Notes: generated by a model from the sequence alone, not told the origin. Positions 14,973-29,463 are shown, counted from the first letter of the whole stretch. The stretch is DNA of 63,102 nt, filler included, from Octopus bimaculoides (GCF_001194135.2; 7 parts of 7 records of this genome joined end to end with filler, not necessarily neighbours in it); one strand, 5' to 3'. A program made the numbers and translations.

Positions 14973-17900
14973 TAATAAATGTTGTGTTGAGAGGAGATGA
15001 AGAGTTGAGTGATAGTCTTAAGAGTGTGGTAGTTGTGAAGCAGACCATAGAAAAGTGACATGAGTGAGAAAGGAAAAACAGAGAGAGATCGAGAGAAACA
15101 GACAGGCAGATAGACAGAAGGGGAATAGAGAGAGAGAGAGGGTGTGTGTATGAAGTAAAAGAGAAGAGAGATGGAGGAGGGAGAGAGAGAGATAGAAAAC
15201 ACTTAAAAGTACAGTACTACTCCAACTGACTCTGATTCTACAGATGAGTTCTCCACGTTAGTAGCACTGACTTCCTGCTAGTGCATCAACAGTTACCTAA
15301 CAGGTGTGGTTTGAGGACTTCCAATAAATAAAGCTTGTGCCGACTGGTGCATATCCAAACAGACATCCCATTGGTTACTAACCAACAACTAGAACTGGTT
15401 TTCCTTGACGACAAGGAAAACACAGGTGGTTGTGGCTGCTGGCTCTGAGAAGGAGGATGTTCGTGTTGCATCGAAGTTCCATTTTCTTGTGTGTTTGAAG
15501 TCAGTTATGAATCAATATATATAAGCATTTGTATACATATACAAACAAATGCATTAGGCCGCACATATACAAATATAGATATGTTTGTGTGTTTGAATAT
15601 ATAAAGAGAACGTGAACAGTAGGCTCTGAACTATTATTTAAAGAAGCTGTACACTATATATTTCAATGATATTAACAGTTCAGTTTGCATGCATGTATAC
15701 ATTAAACACACACGCACACCCCCTACACATCCAAACTCATTCAAACAAAACCGCATATACAATCACATAATGTGTGTGCACGTTGTGACACTAAGCTGAT
15801 TAGTGTTAAATTATTTAGCGGTTAATCAATAAAGTTAGCATTTTTAACTGATTAATATTTGAAGTTAGATTCTTTTGTTCTTCGAATGTTCTTCATCAGG
15901 AGATGATTATTTCTGGCAGGATGCCTTCCTCTCCCTTAATTGGAGCCAGAGAGGACTGAAATAAGCAACAACAACAATATTCAGAAGAGATACTGCTCAA
16001 TTACTTAGTGTAGCTATTGTTATCAGCTGACAGCTCTACCAAAACATCTTTTTTTTTTCCTTTCACATATATACACACACAATCATAATGATATTGGAAA
16101 GGTGTGTCAGCAAACAGTTGGGTGAGGAGCATCTAAGGCAGAAAGGATGAGGACTGGTTCCTTATAATGGCCAACCTTCAGTCAACACCAGCTGCTGTTT
16201 CTCTAAAGACCCTTGTTAGGTGGGGAGATGAGCTGTGGGTGGCAGTATATTTTAGCAGATGCAAAACTTAATTTCAATAGGGAATACAAACAGATATAGG
16301 TGTTGGTCTGGGTGCTATCAGCTATTATAGTGATAAAGAAGAGAGAATAGAAAAGATGAGAGAAAGAGAGAGAAAGTAATGTATTCTTTCCTTTCTTTTT
16401 TAATGCTGGTTTGAAAAAAAAAAAAACTTTTTGTGATGAAAATATTTCTGGAAGATCCTAACAGTTTTGATCACAGAGGAAGATGGCCAGTGCCAAAAGA
16501 AATGCTATACTTGCACTAAATATTGTCAAACTACAGTGCTAATCACACCAATAGTGCAAAAATATAGCATTAATTTGTATCAAAAATGGAAATCACTAAT
16601 AATAAAATTTATGGGGGTGGGGGGTGGAAGCAGAGATGTTTTAAACAGGTTTTAAAAAGTATGTCCAGTGGAAAAGGATCACAGTAATTATCTCCTTAAT
16701 GAAATAAATATGCAAGGGTTAAAAAGCACCTTTGCTGTACCAGAAAACTGGGATAAAAATAGAAGGCAGCTGATATTTGTAGAATAGTAGTGGGTGGTGG
16801 TGGTGGTGGTGGTGGTGGTGGTATGATCAATACCAAAAATACAAAGGCTTGATCTGCAGCAACAGAACTGAAACTATAAGAAAATGAAACTGAAAGGCAG
16901 CAGATTGCAATGTACTGTGTGTGAGGGTGTGTGCACACATGCACGTGTATATGCTTTTATGTATAAATATATATATGTATTGTGTATGTGTATGTAAGTA
17001 TGTATATCCACAAAGACTGGTTTTGATACTTTTCTTCTTTTTTTTTTTTCTATCCTCTTCTTTCTTTCAAGTTGAGATTCCCTGAAGTCTATTCCAAAAT
17101 TGAATAAATTGTATTGTGGAAAGGAAATGGAGAAAGGAAGGAAGAAAGAAACAAAATAAAATATAATGCAACCAGGAAGTGATCAGTTTGGTATCATTAC
17201 ATAGAAGAACTCCAAAAGGGTTTTGTACAAATCCATCTATAGTTTAGTAAGGGTCACAATAAAGGATGCTAGCAATTATATTAGTAGTAGTAGTGATGGC
17301 AGTGGTGTTATGAAAATGGAGCCAGGAAAAAGGAATCCTTAGTAAATGCCGTCACATAAAACCAGGCTTTAGTAGTTCCTGCATTTGAGCAGATCTGTAG
17401 GGAAACACAAGGAACACTTCAAAAATAGAAAGCTCCGCATTATTTTATGTGAAATAATTCCAAGAATGAAGGAGCAAACGGGTAAAAATGTTCATAATGC
17501 ATTCACAGGTCTGTTGTAGTAAATGTGTTGTAGTAGGCCTCAAAACTTCAACTGAAAAAACCCAAAGAAAAAGGGATCAGTTGTAGGGGAAGGAAGCAAG
17601 ATATTGAAAGAAAGGGATGCTACAGTCTGCTGTTGCTGCTGCTGCTGCTGCTGCTGCTACATAGGAGAATGCCATTGACAACAGTGGAGTCTGTATTGTA
17701 ATTTCCATGATGAATCAATGTGCATAGACCACCAGTAGCTAGCAGCCCCCACCATACAAGCAATACTGCAGAAGTATGTGTAAGAATCCCAAATTGTTGC
17801 TGGAAGAACCAGCCAGGCAGGCAGTCAGTCAGTCAGAAAGAGAGAAAAGAGGTAAGGGGCTTGTAAAAGTGAAAAGTATTGCCAATAATACAACAACAGT

Positions 17901-20475
17901 AGTAGCTGGAAAAATGAAAGGAGAGGGTAGGATGCCGGAAAAAGTTGATGGTGTTGCTGCAGCGAGCCGAAAAAGTACCCCCCCCCCATACACAAGAAGA
18001 CAAATCTCTATAGGAGAGAATGCAGTTTCTTTACATCATAAAATAGTTTAAATGATAGCCGGTTTGTCAAAGGGATCAATTGAAAAGAATCTATGTTGGC
18101 AGTGTCACATACGAAAATCAGTCACCGGTAGACAATTATATTCTTCCCACTAATATTAAACTGAATTATTACACTCTTTCAAAAGTGAGGAATGAAATAA
18201 ATCTAAGTAACTTCAGAAGTGGCAATGTTCTCTTCAAAAAAAAGATTTATTTTTAAATTGATTTTAATTAATATCTAAAGCTGAAAGATCTTGAAATATT
18301 ATCCAGAGAGCTAAAATAGTATTAAATCAAAAACTATATTACAAAGTAGGAAACTAGTACACTCATGAAAATATTGGTGAAAAGAGATAACTAAGAATTT
18401 GATTGAAAGCCCATATGAAATTTATATTGGTTTTAAGAGAAACAGAGACAGGGGTGGTGAGGAATGGTAGTAAGGTGGGGGTGTGAAATCAATAACACCA
18501 GTATGACAAAGATGTACAGCACTTCTACCAACCAACGTACAGTCAGATTCTTACAGCATTTTCTTTTTATCTTTCTGAATGAAAAATCCTGTTTAATCTC
18601 CTTTCTTTGCATATTAATCCATTTACTCGAAGCCACTGTCGACTTGGAGGTAAGTATTTTTGTATTTAATCATTTGTTCAAACCCTGAATTGTTTATACA
18701 ATCAATTGTCATTCTTTAAAGAGGAGGCGGAGGAGGAGGAAAGAACAGATAGAAGAAGAGAGTGAGTAGAGAAAAATAAAGAGGCAGACACGGAAACAGA
18801 TAGCCCAGCCTGGAATGACCAAATTGGCTGCAGAACCAGCAAAGGGGGCGGCAGTAAAGATGCACAGTCATGGACAGTGGTGTCAAACAAAATCCATGGG
18901 ACTAAAGTGTGATCAATAGTCGAAAAATAAAAGTAGTAAATGATTCAGTGCCAATTGGCAGATAATTCTGCATTAAGTAGCTCTTTGAGTGCATTCCATG
19001 GGATACGAAAAAGGGGGTTGGGTAGAGAAATAAAAACTGGTGTAGCAATGTTGATTTTGGAGATTCTCTTCAGGATGGCAATGGCTCAAGATTTCAGTAA
19101 CATCAATGCCATGGCTTTATTTCCAGTGCGATGATTGGGAGGGGCAGCAAACACAATTTATCTTCCCTAGATTAACAATAACAGAATCAAGTGTCCAATT
19201 AAAATATATTCTACAATAGACCTTCCACGCACACACACACAAAAGTGGACCAGGGTTTTATAATTCCTAAAATACTATGCAAATAAATGCAGTTGGCAAA
19301 TAAGCAGTCAACTGGCAATAGTAAATAAACTAAAGCAGAGATAGATGTCTACCCAATCTATAAATTATACAGCTGCTTTCCTAACTTGAACTATTTATCA
19401 ATATTCTAGCTATGCACTTTTATATATAGTTATTTTATTACTCCATCCTTTTTTTTTTTTGTTTTTGTCCTAAACCATTACTAACAATATACTAGTTGCT
19501 ACCAAGTTGCTAATGTAAAACCAGATTACGATTTTATTTTGTAATTGGGTAACCATTTGCAAAAATCCTCCAGACCAATAAAGAAAATATCTGCACAAAA
19601 TATATTAGTGTTCGGTTAAAAAATAAGATTGGGGTTATTGCTCATCAATACAAGTCACTACAGTGTAAAATATATCTTCAAATAAACATTTGAAAAAAAA
19701 AAAAAACCCAGGGATGCATGAAAGCAACATGTATCTTGGGGTAAGGTTGAAAATTTTTTATTTGTGTTTGTCTAACTGAATCCCCCACAAAAATACCAGA
19801 CAAATCAACATGCTGAGAAACTGACCAAATATGTGTTAACATTGCACAGCAGCATCTGAAGTTAATGATGAAAATTTTACCACTTTTACTAAGCTTCTTT
19901 AACAATAATAGTACGAAAGAGTCAAAAAGCAAAGAATTGTTTAGGAAAACTAACTGGATTACCTCATTTATTAATCTTTCTTTTTGTACCCCATCTGTGT
20001 GTGTGTGTGTTGTGTGTAATTTATTGATTTCAAATTTTGGCACAAGGTCTGCAATTTAGGAGTGGTAAGTCAGTTACATCAACCCAGTGCTCAACTGGTA
20101 CTTATTACAATTATGCCTTGGCTATTGTGGGTGTTATGTCCCAACCACCACCACCACCACCAACCCTGGCGATAGGTGAAATCCATGAAGTAGAAACAGT
20201 ACTGTCCTGTCTACTTTTTTAATTATCTTTTTAATTTGTATATATTAATTTCATTATAAATGCAAAGCATCAGCATAAGCTTAAATACTAAACCGTGATA
20301 GGTGAACCATGATATGGCGTTGAACTCAGAGCATCAAAATGGATGAAGACCTGCTGAGCATTTTACCCAATATGCTAACAATTCTGCTAGCTCGACACCT
20401 TAATTAATCAATTAATTATTACTGCTCTAAACTTTTTAGAGTGTGCTTCTTTTCGGACTTCTGAACTACTGACTA

Positions 20476-20536
<61 letters not shown>

Positions 20537-20547
20537 TACATACATAC

Positions 20548-20578
<31 letters not shown>

Positions 20579-20679
20579 TACATATATACATATATATATA
20601 TATACATACATACATACATATGTTTATATATATATATATATACATACACATACATATATATACATACACATACATATAT

Positions 20680-20712
<33 letters not shown>

Positions 20713-20960
20713 TATATACAAACACACACACACATATATATATATACACACACATACATACACACACACACATATATATATATACACATACATACACACA
20801 TATATACATACATATATACACATATATATATACATACATATATACATATATATATATACACACATATACATATATACACACATATATATATATATATACA
20901 TACACACATATATATATACATACATACATACATATATATATACATACATTTATACATACC
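20476..20960. repeat. Compound (TA)n/(CA)n/(CATATA)n microsatellite array
   Basis: Direct reading. Confidence 0.95.
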
Positions 20961-21056
20961 ATGTGGTTTATAGTCGAGTTTCAAACAAATATAAATATCC
21001 AACTTTGTAAAAAGAAATCTAACCAATACTAAAACTTTTGAAGCAACATCCCTTAA

Positions 21057-21504
21057 CCCATTTGTTACCATATCTCTACTAAAATACACCGCTTTTGCTT
21101 CAATTAGTTTTGGAAATAATAATTAATTAAAATTAATTAAAATAAATTTGTTGTTGTTAAGCTGGTATTTGGAACATAAATTAACGTAGAGTTTTGGTGG
21201 AAGGTTTAAATTTGTAACACTTTAACCCTTTAGCATCTAAACAAGTCATAACGGGCCCATATATTCTAGCTGTTCTATGTTTAGACCAGCCAGATCCAGT
21301 CTCTCACACCTATCCTACAATGTCATTCTAAAAATAAACAATTACATCATTGAAATCTTGAAGCTATGAGTTAATACATAATTAATTCAAACCAATGTGA
21401 ATAAATGAGCATCACAATTGATAGAGTGATTTGAATGCTACAGGGTTAAACATGAGGTTTATATTATATAAGCAGGGATGTTCTCAGACAGGTTGGCTAA
21501 AGGG
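21057..21504. mobile_element. piggyBac-like non-autonomous element/MITE (outer), interrupted by a second MITE
   Basis: TTAA-CCCATTTGTTACC left end, GGTTGGCTAAAGGG-TAAA degenerate right end; a related right half lies at 23680-23831. Confidence 0.6.
21226..21445. mobile_element. piggyBac-like MITE (inner, 220 bp)
   Basis: TTAA|CCCTTTAGCAT ... ATGCTACAGGG|TTAA: 11-bp TIRs with one mismatch and a TTAA duplication. Confidence 0.8.
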
Positions 21505-22921
21505 TAAAACAAACACTGAAGAATTATTGAAAGTTGAATTACAGATGAGAGAAGTTGTTTGAAACAAAACAGCCAAGGACATATTTGGCTCCCAGAATTA
21601 TTTTGTAGACCAATAATTAAACTACAAAAGCTCTTAGAACTGAAAAGCAGTGTCAAGTGGTCGCTGACCGTCACATCCTTGAGCAGTGCATCAATTGTAC
21701 TTAACAAGTGCTTCATTTTTTCTTGCTTTCTTTTTTTATTCTACTTTTTCTCCCATGAAAGAATATTTTTAAGACTCTCGAACAAACACTGATTCAAATT
21801 TAGCTTCTTCACATGAAATTCCACAGCTATTTACTCAATTCTCTCAAAAACTAAAAGAGGTTATCTATTTATTTATTATTCATTAGAAAGAGGTATTTTT
21901 AAAATAAAGAAGCAAAATCAAAAAAAAAAAAAATTAATATTGAAACACACACACACAAAAAAAAAAAAAGATAAAAATTGAGCATAAATTTAAAACAATT
22001 TACTGCATTTCAATTATTTATGGAAAAAAAAAATTATACAGCTTTGGACTGAAGTTCAATTAAAAGAGGCAAAGTTTCACTGATAAAATTATTTCACTTC
22101 ATCTTCATTGCAATGCTTCGACGTCGGCACCAACCACTGTTTCTACACCAGATTTCATGAAAATATATTCATTTGCTTTCAAAATAGAATTTTCTATTTT
22201 GTTGTTTGTTTTTGTTTTTGTTTTTCTTGTTTCTCTCTCCTCCTCCTCCTCCATAGAGTTGTTGAATTTTAATAAAGGTAAATTGTTTTCATTCAGAATT
22301 CACTTGCTTAAGAAATATAACATCTTTTAAAAATCATATTAATAAAAGATATTCAAGAATTCTTTTTAAATAATATTAATAAAAGAAACCTGAATTATGA
22401 TCTCTCTTTCTCTCCCTCTCTCTCTCCCTCAAACACACACACACACACAAACTTCTGAAGGCAAAATTTAACTATTGTAGCAATAAAATAAATATATGAA
22501 AACCTACTCAGTTCATATATTATATAATTAGCTCCCTGTGTTATTATGGGTTTTATAAGTTTTCCTACACCATTACAAAAGCTCTCCAAACTATTGAGAA
22601 ATAACAGGGTGTCCTCAAAAGAAAGCATCCACAAAGTATAATGCAAACCTTCATAATAACACATAAGTAATATAGAAAAGAGCTTAAAGCGGTGGAATTA
22701 CAGACCAAAAGTTTGGGTAGTATCAAAAGTAATTGACTTTTGTTATTGTTCCGCTCCAGTGAATTGAATTCACAGATATGGTGTATGATGAAGATTTTTC
22801 GGTTGCTTGATCAAGTGAATAACTACTTTTGAATTAACATGGAAGTGGCTGGCCATTCCACAGAAATGTATATTCTAAGTTAATATGAGGAGAATATGTT
22901 GTGAGAGCATAATACACACAG

Positions 22922-23280
22922 AGGCACAGGCATGACTGTGTGGTAAGAAGCTTGCTTCCCAAGTTTATGGCTCCAGGGTCAAGCCCACTGTGTGGCACCT
23001 TGGGTAAGGGTCTTCTACTAGAGCTTCAGCCCAACCAAATCCTTGTGAGGGGATCTGGTGGATGGAAACTAAAAGAAGCTTGTTGTGTACTTGTCTGTCT
23101 GTCTCCCTGCCACCACTTGACAACTGGTTTTGATGTGTTTACATCCCTGTAACTTAGCAGTTCAGCAACAGAGACCAATAACATAAGTACCAGGTATTAA
23201 AAAAAAAAAAAGTTAGTGGAGTCGATTCATTCAACTAAATATTCTTCAACATCATGCTCCAGCATGGTCTCAGTCTAAGA
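22922..23280 (+). mobile_element. SINE family A, near full length, diverged
   Basis: Alignment by eye to the 50656 copy. Confidence 0.85.
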
Positions 23281-23331
23281 CACAGACAAATAATATTTTC
23301 AGACAGGCATCAATCAGTGGAAGTAAAATAA

Positions 23332-23545
23332 TCCTCTCTACTAAAAGCACACGGACTGAAATTTAGGGGGAGGGGACTAGTCGATTACATTGACCCCAAT
23401 GTTTCACTGGTACTTAATTTATCAAACCTGAAAGAATGAAAGACAAAGTTGAATTCGGCGGAATTTGAACTCAGAACGTAGCAACAGGTGAAATACCACT
23501 AAGCATTTCGTCCAGTGCACTAACGATTCTACCAGCTTGCTGCCT
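23332..23545 (-). mobile_element. SINE family B, full length
   Basis: GAATTTGAACTCAGAAC on + is the reverse B-box; tail shared with 43885. Confidence 0.85.
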
Positions 23546-23564
23546 TGTACTATTCAAAACAATC

Positions 23565-23678
23565 CTTTCTACTGAAGGCACAAGGGCCTGAAATTTTAGG
23601 GGAGGGGACTAGTCGATTACATTGACCTCAGTGTTTCACTGGTACTTAATTTGTCGACCCCGAAAGGATGAAGATCCT
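23565..23678 (-). mobile_element. SINE family B, 3' part
   Basis: GGGGAGGGGACTAGTCGATTACATTGACC...CACTGGTACTTAATTT repeats 23388-23420. Confidence 0.8.
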
Positions 23679-23679
23679 A

Positions 23680-23831
23680 TTAATTTTTAAAATAAGGAAG
23701 AATTTAGTATAATAACTCTGTCATTATTCAACTGGTGCTTAAAACCTACATTAGCATGATCACTTATAATCAAAAAAATTTGTATCATAGAATTATGGGT
23801 AATTCCAAGTAGATTGGTATCAAATGGGTTG
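23680..23831. mobile_element. Right half of a piggyBac-like MITE (same family as 21057-21504)
   Basis: Similar internal sequence, ending GGTATCAAATGGGTT. Confidence 0.5.
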
Positions 23832-25383
23832 GAGTCCTCCAAATAAAAAAATAACTGGTTGGTTGTCCTTGAAAACTTTCACTTTATCCCAAAAAAGGAG
23901 TTACTACCTGTAAACTGAGAAGTATTAGATATAAAATATTAAGCAGTCGTGCTGACAAATTCTAGATAGTTTCCATCACTGCTAAATGTTATACCAACAG
24001 CCTTGCATGCTTCCTCCTCAACTGAAATTCAAGCAGCTCTCTCCTTTGTCTCTTCTAAGATTAATTTCCCATTAATGCTAATGACATCTCATTGTGGTTA
24101 TAATTTCAACTGATTAAAAATTATTTTCTGCTCACTATCTTAAACATGGTGAACTAAACCTAATTATATATTCTTCATACAGAAAGCACTCTGGAGTGAG
24201 GGTTTCTTTTCCAGTGTTATTTAGAATATTGAACCAAACTTAGACAAACTATGGACAATGTCCATCATCTTCCACCTGGTTCTTGAACAATAAATTTTAA
24301 CTGAAGATTGCAGAAAAGTCTACTTTAAGAAATTCAGTCGTACAGCTTCTTATATTTTATTTAAACACAGCTTTTATCATTCCTGATGTTTATGCTAAAA
24401 TAGATCATCAAAATATTGTAGGTAGACCAAGTCTGTCAAATGACTTCATAGAATCAGATGTGTTAAACATTTTCAAGAAAAGAAGAACAAAATAGGAATA
24501 GGGGAAGAAAGCATTCCAACAAATTCTAAACATTGAAAGCCATATTTTAAGTTTAGACTTCTGTATAATCACTGCTGCAAAGTATTACCTAGACATTCAC
24601 TTTAAAACATACACATACATACGTATGTATCTATCTGTATACACAGAGATTCCAGTATAAATTACTAAGTTGACATTTTGCTTCAAATTTTCACTGAGGT
24701 AGCTTATCAAACTGTCAGATTCAATGAGGTGGGGCTTCTTATCAAACTGACAGCATTAAGATCCAGAATCCAAAGTAACCGGTGGTGGTCAGCTTTAGCA
24801 AATATTCAATCATAAGAGTTCACAAAAAGGAAAAGCAAACAAAACAAAAAATGATAAATAAATAAATAAATAAAAGAGTTGATTTGTTGGGAAGGATATA
24901 TAAAAAAACCCCATTATTTTGTATACTAGTCCATCTTCAGAGGCGGGGAAAAATATAGAGGCTAATACCATGGTTGCAGAAAGATGAATATCCTGCAAGT
25001 GTGGAATTGACCACTACATTCCTTTCCAAAGAACAAGTGAATTAATCCACCACTCAGAAAATTCATTTCCCTGTGACCAAAGTATCGTTCCTATATTCTT
25101 TCTTTCCAAAGATGGAAAAGTGTGCAAGATGTTTGATTTTTCACCGCTCTACAGCCAACCAACTTATTGTGGTCTATGTTTCTCCCTTTGCACAAAAAAC
25201 TTTAATCAAACTGACACTTTGGTAAAACAACCTTGGAGAAACTCCAAAGTAACTGTCAATATTCTTATAAATAAATAACAACAAGTTTAATGTATATATT
25301 GCTCAGTCAGCTCCATGGCTCTACCCTTGTGTGGTATCCTTCTTTCAGTAAATATTTGCCGTTTTTATAGAATTAAGAACACT

Positions 25384-25423
<40 letters not shown>

Positions 25424-26130
25424 GAAGGGCTTTGATTCAAAGGTTAAGAAGAGCAACTGCACAACGAAATATATTTTTAAAATAGTTTACTCATGATCAT
25501 TAAGTCTCAGTTTGGCACAGAAAGTGAAATCAATTGATACTGCGATGTCTACTCTTCTCTTTGTAGTTTTACCAATGGGGAGGACTGTTTTTTAGTATAT
25601 GTGCTACATCCTCCATGTGTGTTTACATATAGTGAGATATGCGTGGCTCTGAGAGTTTAACTCTTCTTTCTAGCAAACAGGTGCATATTATATCCTGACT
25701 TTTAATAATATATATTTTGCATATTTTGGTTATGTTTGCTGGCCACTTTATCATTATGTTTTTAAAGATAATGATAACTTATTTGAATTTTATATATATA
25801 TATATATATATATAGTGGAATTTTTTGTTATAGGGGACAGATAAGGGTTCAGCAATTACTGACACAAAAGATTTGCTTATAGTGATCATATGCTTGTACT
25901 GTACATCAGTTCACTCTCTCCATCAAATCAACATTACCTGTACAGGTGCGATGGTGTGCTACATATCAGATATTGAAATGATCACAGAGCAACATGAGAT
26001 GAAGTATTTCCATTCTAGAACAGAATGCAGTGCCCAGTCCAAGAATCAAATCCACAATCTTAAAATCATGATTGCAACTATGTGCCTATATATATATATA
26101 GGTGTGTGTGTGTGTGCCTAAATATATATG

Positions 26131-26344
26131 TGGCGTGCTGGCAGAAATGTTAGCATGATGAGTGAAATGCGTAGCTGTATTTTGTATGTCTTTACATTCT
26201 GCGTTCAAATTCCGCCAAGGTCGATTTTGCGTTTCATCCTTTCGTCATCGATAAATTAAGTGCCAGTTGCATACTGGGGGTCGATCAAATTGACTGGCCC
26301 CGGCCCCAAAAAATTTCAGGCCTTGTGCCTAGAGTAGAAAAGTG

Positions 26345-26345
<1 letters not shown>
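26131..26345 (+). mobile_element. SINE family B, full length
   Basis: GCTGGCAGAAATGTTAGC head, GTTCAAATTCC B-box, AAATTTCAGGCCTTGTGCC tail. Confidence 0.9.
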
Positions 26346-26393
<48 letters not shown>

Positions 26394-26553
26394 GTATATA
26401 TATATATATATCTTTTAAATTTGTTTATTGCAATGTTTAGAATCTGCAGATAAAGCTCCTGTTCCATTATGCCAGCCACCATCTAATGATGCTGACTGGT
26501 GAACCAGTTTTTAGGGGTTGCATCAAGTTGTACCAATAAAATGTAGGATGAAT

Positions 26554-26610
<57 letters not shown>

Positions 26611-26950
26611 TTTGCTAGAACAAACAGGAGAGATAAAACTTGGTACATATGATTTTTAACTAGCAGAATGTTGCTAAACTCTACGGTCTCGTGCATGGCA
26701 CTTATCGAACTGCTTGTGGGATGTCTGATTCACAATTAATATCAGAAGGTCACATGAGAATTGCGAATTTTAAACTGTCTGACCATTAAATAGAGAACAG
26801 CACACACACACACACACACACACGCACACAAACAAACATATATATGTATATACACACACACATACTTTATATCATAAATGCATGAGTGTGCATGTATACA
26901 TTCATAGCAAAGACGTACAGAAAAGAAGATACAAAGCAAATTTTAAAAAA

Positions 26951-27011
<61 letters not shown>

Positions 27012-28731
27012 CATGCGTGTGCGTGCGTGTGTGTGCATATAATATATGAATGCATGCATGTATATACATGCATGCATGTGTGTGTATATGTGGAGTTATA
27101 TGTGTGTAGCAGGTCGGTTATTTTGGAAATTTGCAATTCTCATGTAAGCTTCCCACGTTAATTTTTAATAGAACATTCCAGAAAGAATTATAATTCACTC
27201 TGAATATATAAGGAACAAGCCATCAGGTTTGAAGTTGGTTTGATAGGTGCTGTACATGAAACCATTGGCCCTCGAGTCACTTTTGGAACTTTCTGGCAAT
27301 TAGAAATAGAAAAGCAATTTTTCACGGAGATGTACTTGCATAGCAAGTGTTTTGATCTGGGATGATTCACTGAACTTAAAGCCATTCAGAAACAAACATT
27401 TATTTGTAACACACACACACACACACACAATGCATACACACACACACTCCCTAAACACATCTATAATATGCATACATATACACACATACATATACATACA
27501 TATACACACATACACACGCATAAAGAATATAATATATATATACTTATATATATGCATTATATATATATAATACGTATATACATGTATGTGTGTATAAAAT
27601 ATAGATATAAACATGAATGTATACACACATACACATGCATATATATGTATCAGTGCAAATACGCGTACACACACAAACACACATACACACAGACTTTATA
27701 TCATAAATGTGTGAGTATGCATGTATGTGTGTGAGTGTATAGATTTATAGCAAAGATGTAATATTGAAAAGAAGAAAGCATTTGTGTTTAAATTATATTT
27801 ATTTTTACTTTCAATTTTTTTTTTTTTTTTCATTTATTCTTATTTGTCCTGAGACTTTAATGAACTTAGTCACCCTACTGTTCCAGACTTAAGATGAAGG
27901 ACTAATAGTAAAATATGAAAAACAAAACCAAAAAAAAAACAAAACAAAAGAAAAAGACACTCATAAAATAGATTAAACGTGAACACACTTGCATCTTCAT
28001 TATATATATATATANNNNNNNNNNATATATATACGTACTACATCCATTTTTCCAAAAGCAGCCCTAGTGGGACAGTGTTTACAAATTACGATATTTGCAT
28101 ATGAATTGCTGCAGTAAATATCCTACTGCTAACACTTCAGCCAGAAAAAAGTATTGGCATCTATTTTTCAGCTAGGCAGGTTGAAGTTAGTAGCATAATT
28201 AACTTCATGGTAAAATATCTAGCACTTAATCTTTACAAATTGCCTCATGTCTAGAATAAAATTGTAATTTTTCTATTATCGTTTTACCTATCACCATTCA
28301 AATACACACACGCAGACACACAAACACAAACGCGCATAGATATAAGATGCAAAGTGAATGGTATCGATAGCACTGCATTACTTATACACAATAATCACCT
28401 AAGGAGTCGAAGATGGCCACTCAATAAAAATTGGAATCTTAACTTGGTTTAAATGTAAATACATACTACAAGTAAGTTTGCTTGATAATTTCTTCAAGTC
28501 AACTGATAATGAGATTTTTATCAAAGCTCTACCAGTGATTCTAAGATGGACCAGCAGCTTGGAGGAAGACAAAACTCACCACAGAATAGTCGGAGAAGAT
28601 AAATTAACAGAAAATTAATCAGAATCAATATAATAAATCATGAGAGAGACAGATAGGCGGAGGAAACGAAGCAGTTTATGTGAGAATAAGTAGGGTAAAA
28701 TATACATAAACTACAAATTACAGAGTATCAA

Positions 28732-29097
28732 GGCACAAGAATGGTCGTGTGGTTAAGAAGTTTGGTTTGCAACCATGTGGTTTGGGGTTCAGTCCTCGTG
28801 TGTGGCACCTTGGGCAAGTGTCTTCTACTATAGCTCCAAGCCAATCAATGCCTTGGGAGTAAATCTGGTAGATGGAAACTGTGTTGAAGCCTGCCTTGTG
28901 TGTATGTGTGTGTGTTCCTCTCTTACCTCTTGAAAACTGGTGTTGGTTTGTTTACATCCTGGCAACTTAGCAGTTCAGCAAAAGGGATCGATAGAATAAA
29001 TATCAGACATAACAAAAAGTTGATTTGTTTGGCTGAACCATTTAAGGCAGTGTTCCTCATATGGTCACAGAGCAATGACTGAAACTAGTAAAAGAAA
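28732..29097 (+). mobile_element. SINE family A, full length, diverged
   Basis: Head TGTGGCACCTTGGGCAAGTGTCTTCTACTATAG and tail GACTGAAACTAGTAAAAG. Confidence 0.85.
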
Positions 29098-29299
29098 CAG
29101 TACAGAAGAACTAGATTTCATTAGTAACCAGACAGACATTCAGAAAAATATTGGTATGTGTTGTAGGGTGGAAATCATTTGTGAATGTATTTTTGGTTAA
29201 AGCATTAAATCTTTCAAAAGTGGTATGAACCTACAAGATAGATTAGCTCAATATAAAACAGCAATACAGGGATGGGAAAAGCATATGAAAATTGCAGTT

Positions 29300-29313
29300 G
29301 AGAGAGAGAGAGA

Positions 29314-29388
<75 letters not shown>

Positions 29389-29404
29389 NNNNNNNNNNAA
29401 AGAG

Positions 29405-29462
<58 letters not shown>
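29300..29462. repeat. (GA)n microsatellite with small gap
   Basis: Direct reading. Confidence 0.95.

Positions 29463-29463
<1 letters not shown>

Noticed and set aside
22105-22254. 50-codon minus ORF MEEEEERETRK...GVETVVGADVEALQ
   Set aside because: Half low-complexity, no usable in-frame acceptor, no recognised homology
25939-26015. 77-nt minus segment with plausible acceptor and CAG|GTAATG donor
   Set aside because: All three frames contain stops; could only be non-coding and there is no other support
27212-27364. 50-codon plus-strand open frame EQAIRFEVGLIG...
   Set aside because: Weak acceptor, no donor or start, nothing recognisable
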